Shown here: positions 58,900 through 64,000 of the stretch, one piece after another
Layout of the letters: each line of letters opens with the position of its first letter
Position numbering within the stretch: the first letter of the stretch is position 1
Assembly (NCBI GenBank): GCA_963822925.1
Contig: CAWGJN010000001.1
Location: 345,622-409,621, forward strand
Direction of reading: 5' to 3'
Length of the DNA stretch: 64,000 nucleotides
From: an uncultured Gemmatimonadales bacterium
GTDB lineage: Bacteria; Gemmatimonadota; Gemmatimonadetes; Gemmatimonadales; GWC2-71-9
Made by a program: the position numbers and the translations under genes
Notes under the pieces: generated by a model
Database searches by the model: none
Seen by the model: only the letters and a program-made list of their open reading frames with translations
Told to the model about the DNA's origin: nothing

Positions 58900-59376
58900 T
58901 TGCCGAACCGCCTGCTCGCCCTCCTGCTGCTTGCCGCGGCATGCCACAAGGGCCCGCGAGTCGAGGTCGACCCGGCGCCCCCCTCCCTCGATCCCCAGCG
59001 CCTGACCGAAGTCCTCGATACCCAGTTCGAGAAAGCCACCGCTGACTGGAACGGCGGCGACCTCAAGGGCTTCCTCTCGATCTACGCCAACGACACGTCA
59101 ACGATGTTCATGTCGGGGTCGAAGTTCGAGCATGGATTTGCCTGGATCGAGCAGAACTACGCCCCCGCTTTCGAGCGGGGCGCAAAACGGGACAGCCTCC
59201 GGATCGAGGGCCTGAACGCCGTCCCCCTCGGCACCACCTACGCCCTGGTCACGGCCCGATATGTGCTTTATCGGGAGGGAGTTACCACGTCGAGCGGACC
59301 CTTTTCCGTCGTGATGCAGGAGCGCACCGATGGCTGGAAGATCATCCTGGACCACACGTCGCACGATGCGCGTTAG
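58900..59376 (+). CDS. DUF4440/SnoaL-like (NTF2-fold) lipoprotein
   Basis: TTG at 58900 gives (M)PNRLLALLLLAAAC. The upstream TTG at 58861 lies inside the terminator. NTF2-like pattern with a C-terminal DGWKIILDHTS. Confidence 0.55.
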   Translation: MPNRLLALLLLAAACHKGPRVEVDPAPPSLDPQRLTEVLDTQFEKATADWNGGDLKGFLSIYANDTSTMFMSGSKFEHGFAWIEQNYAPAFERGAKRDSLRIEGLNAVPLGTTYALVTARYVLYREGVTTSSGPFSVVMQERTDGWKIILDHTSHDAR

Positions 59377-60718
59377 GGCGATCGCGGCCGCCGCGCTTTT
59401 CGTTGCCGCGGCGGGCTGCGATCGCGCGCCGCCCGACGGTGTGGCACTGGTGGGCGCTACGGTGTTCGACGGCTCGTCGCCGCAGCCGCAGCTTGACCAG
59501 GTGATCATCGTCCGCAACGACAGGATTGAGGCGATCGGCACGCGCGCCGAGGTGGAGGTACCGCGCCGCATGCGCACGGTGGACCTGAGCGGCAAGTATG
59601 TCGTGCCGGGGCTCATCGACGGTCACGTGCACGTGCAGCGCTGGACGCTGCCACGGTTCCTGGCGTCGGGCGTCACCACGGTGCGCGACGTACACGGCAC
59701 CTTCGACTCCATCCTGGCACTGAGGGAACAGGCCAATCTCGGCTCGCTCACCAGTCCGCGGATCTTCAGCGCGGGAGCGATGATCGATGCCGCGCCCGCC
59801 ACCTACTCGGATGCGTTCGTGGTGGGCGGCACCAATGATGCGCGCAAGGCGGTGGACAAGCTGGCCGTGAGCGGCGTCGACTACGTGAAGACGTACACCA
59901 GGGTCACGCCGGATCTGCTGCGCGCCATCGTGGATGAGGCGCAAACCTTCGGCCTCAGGGTCACGGCGCATCTCGGACTGACAGACGCGGTGACGGCGGG
60001 TGACATGGGCGTCCGGGCGATCGAGCACCTGAGCGGGGTGCCGGAGGCGGTGCTCGTGAACAACGCACCACTCTATGCGGCGCATCGCGAGGGCTTCTTT
60101 GCCGGATGGACGGCATTCGAGAAGGCGTGGGCCGGACTCGACTCGGCCGCGATGGCCCGGGTGGCAGAGCAGCTGGTGGCCGACCGCGTGACAATGGTGC
60201 CGACGCTGGTACTGCACGAGACGCTGAGCCGGCTGGATGACCCGGCGATCATGCAGGACAGCTCGCTCAAGATGGTGCCCGACTCGGAAATCAGCCGGTG
60301 GAACGTACCGGGGATGTTGGATCGCGCGGGCTGGACCGCCACCGACTTCAGCGACTTCCGGGCGTCGCGCGCGAACCAGGACCTGTTCGTGCGGATCTAT
60401 CGCGCCAGCGGTGGCAAGGTGGTGGCGGGCACCGACGCGGCCAACCAGCTGATCGTGCCGGGCCAGAGCCTGATTCGTGAACTGGAGCTCCTGGTACAGG
60501 CGGGATTCTCCAATACCGATGCGCTCTTCGCCGCCACCCGCGATGCCGCCATCCTGCTCGGCGCCGACTCGCTGGGCGCGCTGGTTCCCGGCCGCAAGGC
60601 CGACCTCGTGATCCTGTCCCGAGATCCGATGGCCAGCATCGGCAACCTGCGCAGCATCGAGCAGGTGATGGTGCGTGGCCACCTGATGTCGACCGACTCG
60701 CTGCGCAGTCACTGGTAG
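59366..60718 (+). CDS. amidohydrolase family lipoprotein
   Basis: ATG at 59366 (MRVRAIAAAALFVAAAGC). Metal-binding PGLIDGHVHV motif. Confidence 0.75.
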   Translation: MRVRAIAAAALFVAAAGCDRAPPDGVALVGATVFDGSSPQPQLDQVIIVRNDRIEAIGTRAEVEVPRRMRTVDLSGKYVVPGLIDGHVHVQRWTLPRFLASGVTTVRDVHGTFDSILALREQANLGSLTSPRIFSAGAMIDAAPATYSDAFVVGGTNDARKAVDKLAVSGVDYVKTYTRVTPDLLRAIVDEAQTFGLRVTAHLGLTDAVTAGDMGVRAIEHLSGVPEAVLVNNAPLYAAHREGFFAGWTAFEKAWAGLDSAAMARVAEQLVADRVTMVPTLVLHETLSRLDDPAIMQDSSLKMVPDSEISRWNVPGMLDRAGWTATDFSDFRASRANQDLFVRIYRASGGKVVAGTDAANQLIVPGQSLIRELELLVQAGFSNTDALFAATRDAAILLGADSLGALVPGRKADLVILSRDPMASIGNLRSIEQVMVRGHLMSTDSLRSHW

Positions 60719-60720
60719 CG

Positions 60721-61080
60721 ATGTCGCTCACGCGGATCGTCCTGTCCTGGCTCGCCACCAGTGCCTGGTTCCTGCTGGCCGAGCTGGTGCTCGCGCGTCT
60801 CAGAGGCGCACCGAGCCCCGGACGTGGCCCGGCGCCGCGATGGGTTCCGGCGGTGGAGGGATTGCTGTTCACGCTGTTCGGCGCGCTCTGGTTCGGGAGC
60901 TACGGACCGGGCCCGGGAGGATGGATCCTGCTGTTCGTGCTGCTGGGACTGCTGCTCGAGCTACCAGCGCGACTGCGTGATGCGGTGCAAAGATCCCAGC
61001 CGAAGGGGCTGTCGATGGCGGTGGTGGTGAGCGTGCTGCGATGGGTGGTGGCGGGGGGCATACTGGCGGGGCTCATGTGA
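60721..61080 (+). CDS. hypothetical membrane protein
   Basis: 119 aa with 3-4 predicted hydrophobic helices. Confidence 0.45.
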   Translation: MSLTRIVLSWLATSAWFLLAELVLARLRGAPSPGRGPAPRWVPAVEGLLFTLFGALWFGSYGPGPGGWILLFVLLGLLLELPARLRDAVQRSQPKGLSMAVVVSVLRWVVAGGILAGLM

Positions 61081-61166
61081 CTGACAGCGTGAGGAGGAAC
61101 TGAAACGGCGTGAGGAGTGAGGAGTGACAGGTTATCTTCGCGGGGAACTCTCCAGGTAAGTGATCA

Positions 61167-62234
61167 GTGACGGTTCAAACATCAATCGACAATCGCGGCA
61201 TCCGGCTCACCAGCCTTTCACACGGGGCGGGTTGCGCGTGCAAGCTCGGGCCATCCGAGCTGGCCGAGGTGCTGCGCCACGTTCCGCGGGTGACGGACGC
61301 TGCCCTGCTGGTCGATGCCTCCACCAGGGATGATGCGGCGGTGTACCGGCTGTCGGCGGACCGGGCACTCGTGGCCACTGTCGATTTCTTCACGCCGATC
61401 GTGGACGATGCCGCAACATGGGGCGCGATTGCCGCCGCTAACGCCCTGAGCGACGTCTACGCGATGGGCGGCACGCCGCTGCTGGCGCTCAACGTGACGG
61501 CCTGGCCCAGGGAGACGCTGCCGCTGGCGCTGCTGGGTGAGGTGCTGGGGGGCGCGGCAGAGGTGTGCCGTGAAGCCGGTTGTCTGGTGGCGGGCGGGCA
61601 TACGGTGGACGATCCCGAACCCAAGTTCGGCATGGCGGTGATCGGGGACGTGCATCCCGACCGGATGCTGACAAACGCGAAGGCTCGAACCGGCGACATG
61701 CTTGTGCTCACCAAGCCGCTCGGAACGGGTGTGCTGACCACGGCGTTCAAGCGCGATCTCTGTGGTATCGAACTCCTGGAAGCGGGTGTCAGGTCAATGA
61801 GAATGCTCAATGCCGGCGCCGCCCGTGCCGCCGTGCGGGTTGGAGTGCATGCGGCGACGGACGTGACCGGCTTCGGCCTGCTGGGCCATTTGCACAACAT
61901 GCTGATAGCCAGCGGCGTGAGCGCGGAGATCCGGGCGGGAGCGCTTCCGGTGTTTCCCGGCATACGCGAGCTCATCGCCAGGGGTGCCGTAGCGGGGGGA
62001 ACGCGCCGCAATCTCGAGGCGCGAAGGGACGTGACCTGGGATGCCGGGGTGAGCGACACCGACCGGATTGTCTGCGCCGACGCGCAGACGTCGGGCGGGC
62101 TGCTGCTCGCGGTGGCCGAAACTGACGCGCGCGAGCTGCAGGAGCAGCTCAAGGCCGAGGGCACGCTCGAGTGTGCCATCGTCGGTCGCTGCCTGGCGGG
62201 GACGCCCGGCGATATTCGCGTGCTGGTGAACTAG
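61167..62234 (+). CDS. selD: selenide, water dikinase (selenophosphate synthetase), Cys-type
   Basis: N-terminal SHGAGCACKLGP loop and AIR-synthase-like fold pattern; 355 aa. Confidence 0.85.
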   Translation: MTVQTSIDNRGIRLTSLSHGAGCACKLGPSELAEVLRHVPRVTDAALLVDASTRDDAAVYRLSADRALVATVDFFTPIVDDAATWGAIAAANALSDVYAMGGTPLLALNVTAWPRETLPLALLGEVLGGAAEVCREAGCLVAGGHTVDDPEPKFGMAVIGDVHPDRMLTNAKARTGDMLVLTKPLGTGVLTTAFKRDLCGIELLEAGVRSMRMLNAGAARAAVRVGVHAATDVTGFGLLGHLHNMLIASGVSAEIRAGALPVFPGIRELIARGAVAGGTRRNLEARRDVTWDAGVSDTDRIVCADAQTSGGLLLAVAETDARELQEQLKAEGTLECAIVGRCLAGTPGDIRVLVN

Positions 62235-62237
62235 TTC

Positions 62238-62462
62238 ATGGGAATCCGCTGGACGCCCGAACGGATGGACCGGCTGGAGTCAGCGGCGCGACGCGGGCTT
62301 CGCGTGACCGTCTCCCGCCGGGGCACGGAGTATGTGGTAGTAGCGCGCCGGGTCGGCGCGGTGGGCGGGAAGGAGATGTTCATCGGCGTCCTGCCGATGA
62401 CCGGTGAGGAACTGGTCTTCGCGCTCAACGATATCGACGCCTTCGAGGTGATCGGCGCGTGA
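62238..62462 (+). CDS. hypothetical 74-aa protein
   Basis: ATG 3 nt after the selD stop. Its stop overlaps the rnhA GTG (GTGA). Confidence 0.45.
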   Translation: MGIRWTPERMDRLESAARRGLRVTVSRRGTEYVVVARRVGAVGGKEMFIGVLPMTGEELVFALNDIDAFEVIGA

Positions 62463-63082
62463 ACCACCGGATCGCGGTGGTTCACCTCGACGAGAGCTGC
62501 CTTGGAAACGGACGCGAGGGCTCGACGCCGGGTGGTGCGGGCGGGCTGATCGAAGTGCGCACCGGTCGCGGGATCGAGCGGCGCGACGTGCTGGTTGGCG
62601 ACCCCGACACGACCAACAACCGGATGGCGCTGACCGGTGCCATCGCCGTACTCGAGGTGCTCGCGCGGAAGGAGACGCGGTTCCGGGTGCTGTTCGTGTC
62701 CGACTCGGAGTACCTGGTAAAGGGGATAAGGGAGTGGGCTCCGGGCTGGGAGCGGCGGGGATGGACGCGGAAGGGTGGCGCGATCGAGAACCTGGAACTG
62801 TGGCAGTCGCTGGTATCGGTGGCAGGGCGGCACGACTCGCAATGGACCTGGGTACGGGGACACAAGGGTCACGCGAAGAACGAGTACGCGAACGACCTTG
62901 CAGTGAAGGCGGCAAGAGAGCAGATCACGTCGGATGGCGCCGTGGCGTCGGAGTTCGAGTCATGGCTGGCGGCGAAGCGGCTCAAGAAACTGTACCTGGA
63001 CTACGACGCCGACGCGTCGTTCACACTGCTGGAGCGGCGGCTCGGGGCGGGCGAGAAGTTCCTGCTGAGGGAAGAAGCGTAG
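62459..63082 (+). CDS. rnhA: ribonuclease HI with about 55-aa C-terminal extension; Ala at the catalytic Glu48 position
   Basis: Motifs: LDESCLGN, TTNNRMALTGAI (normally ...NNRMEL...), VSDSEY, GHKGHAKNEYANDLA. Confidence 0.8.
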   Translation: MNHRIAVVHLDESCLGNGREGSTPGGAGGLIEVRTGRGIERRDVLVGDPDTTNNRMALTGAIAVLEVLARKETRFRVLFVSDSEYLVKGIREWAPGWERRGWTRKGGAIENLELWQSLVSVAGRHDSQWTWVRGHKGHAKNEYANDLAVKAAREQITSDGAVASEFESWLAAKRLKKLYLDYDADASFTLLERRLGAGEKFLLREEA

Positions 63083-63085
63083 GTG

Positions 63086-63116
63086 CAAGCGAGGACGGGG
63101 AGCCCGTCCTCGCTTG
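63086..63116. terminator. 14-bp hairpin between convergent genes
   Basis: CAAGCGAGGACGGG-GAG-CCCGTCCTCGCTTG. Confidence 0.5.
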
Positions 63117-63124
63117 GTTGTGAA

Positions 63125-64000
63125 CTACGACGGCACCCAGGTCCTCTCTGCTGGATGGCCGCACGCGCTCCACAACACCCTCACGTACGACCCATCCGAC
63201 AACTCGTAGTGGATCTCGCCCGCCGAGAGGCGCGGCATCGCGGTGCACGAGGCATCGTACCGAAGCGGCGCGACGGTGTTCACGCTGAAGGTGCGCACCG
63301 TGCCGTTGCGGCTGAAGGTGACTTGACCGCTCTTGAGAGCAGTGCCGCTCGGGAGGGGCCGGCCACGGACCAGTGTGGCCCCCTCGTCGGGCGTGAAGAC
63401 GAGCAGCGTGTTGTGCGCGACGGTGGCATCGGCGCGGTGGGCGAAGGTGCGAACGACGGACACCTGGTTGCTCAGGCTCAATTGCGACTGCGTGGCGGTG
63501 AGTGTCCGCGAGCCGTTGCGGGTGGCGGACCATGAATCGACCGCGTTCGGCGCCGTGTACTGCCACTTGAAGTCGTCGTAAGTGAGCAGGTACGCGAAGC
63601 TCGGCGCGGGGTCGGGATCGCTGACGCTGATCACACCGGTGAGCTCGACCGTGCCACCCCTCCACCCGGTGAAGCTGCATGCGGGCAGTGCGTAGGTGAA
63701 TGACGCGTTGTCGCGAATGCCGTCGCCGTCGGTATCGCCGGTGGATGAGATGGTGGCGCACAGAGGCGTGCGCAGGCCCGGCGCCGATGGCGAGGCCGTG
63801 AGCGACATCGACAGCGCGCCATCAGCGCCCGCGAGCGCGTCGAGCGCGAGCTCGGTTTCATCGGCGCTGGCGGTACCCAGGTCGAGCGCGTCCTCCTGCG
63901 TGCCGGTAATGATACCGGCGGGAGACGTGCTGTCGGAACAGGCGGCCATGAACATGGCGCTGAGCAGTGCGGTCCCGGCCAGGCGGACCCGTAAGTGACG
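63125..64000 (-). CDS. hypothetical lipoprotein, 5' end beyond the window
   Basis: The frame stays open upstream of the first ATG (63955) to the window edge. It encodes ...RVRLAGTALLSAMFMAAC, a lipoprotein signal peptide. Confidence 0.5.
   Translation of the reverse strand, partial: RHLRVRLAGTALLSAMFMAACSDSTSPAGIITGTQEDALDLGTASADETELALDALAGADGALSMSLTASPSAPGLRTPLCATISSTGDTDGDGIRDNASFTYALPACSFTGWRGGTVELTGVISVSDPDPAPSFAYLLTYDDFKWQYTAPNAVDSWSATRNGSRTLTATQSQLSLSNQVSVVRTFAHRADATVAHNTLLVFTPDEGATLVRGRPLPSGTALKSGQVTFSRNGTVRTFSVNTVAPLRYDASCTAMPRLSAGEIHYELSDGSYVRVLWSACGHPAERTWVPS

Overview
GC-rich (roughly two-thirds G+C by eye, not computed) chromosomal segment of a diderm bacterium. Outer-membrane genes are present: an Omp85-like barrel, a TolC-family factor and a DUF5916 barrel. 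The phylum cannot be fixed from the sequence, although the gene content is reminiscent of Gemmatimonadota or Acidobacteriota-like genomes. About 60 protein genes are densely packed, many joined by 4-nt ATGA/GTGA stop-start overlaps. I saw no rRNA, tRNA, CRISPR array, transposase or integrase. Housekeeping anchors are leuS, gyrA, ctaA, ada, sufE, selD, rnhA, a pncA/pncB-like pair and an RND efflux operon. Six points stand out. (1) A threonine-synthase-like PLP enzyme, a ThiS/MoaD-like GG-ended sulfur carrier and a MoeZ-type E1-rhodanese form an operon, followed by a rhodanese gene; the operon is preceded by an AT-rich structured leader with its own intrinsic terminator, a candidate riboswitch or attenuator. 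(2) An ECF sigma, an atypical anti-sigma and two periplasmic HEAT-repeat proteins are followed by a DUF5916 barrel and two paralogous lipoproteins. A near-identical hairpin plus AACC-N18-TCTA promoter-like motif lies in front of both the sigma gene and the DUF5916 gene. (3) Four otherwise intact genes (a porin-like OMP, sseA, the RND permease and a HEAT protein) are each broken by one single-nucleotide indel, mostly in short homopolymers. This points to assembly indel errors or very recent inactivation. (4) rnhA carries Ala at the universally conserved catalytic Glu48 position and is translationally coupled to a 74-aa ORF and to selD. (5) There are unusual low-complexity proteins: a DUF4384 protein with a Trp/Gly/Tyr/Pro block and 36-nt repeats, and a histone-H1-like Lys/Ala protein with a Pro11 run. 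(6) gyrA is translationally coupled to a threonine dehydratase, a receiver-GAF protein and a Ser/Thr kinase. All functional calls rest on by-eye motif recognition in the supplied translations; no database search was run.
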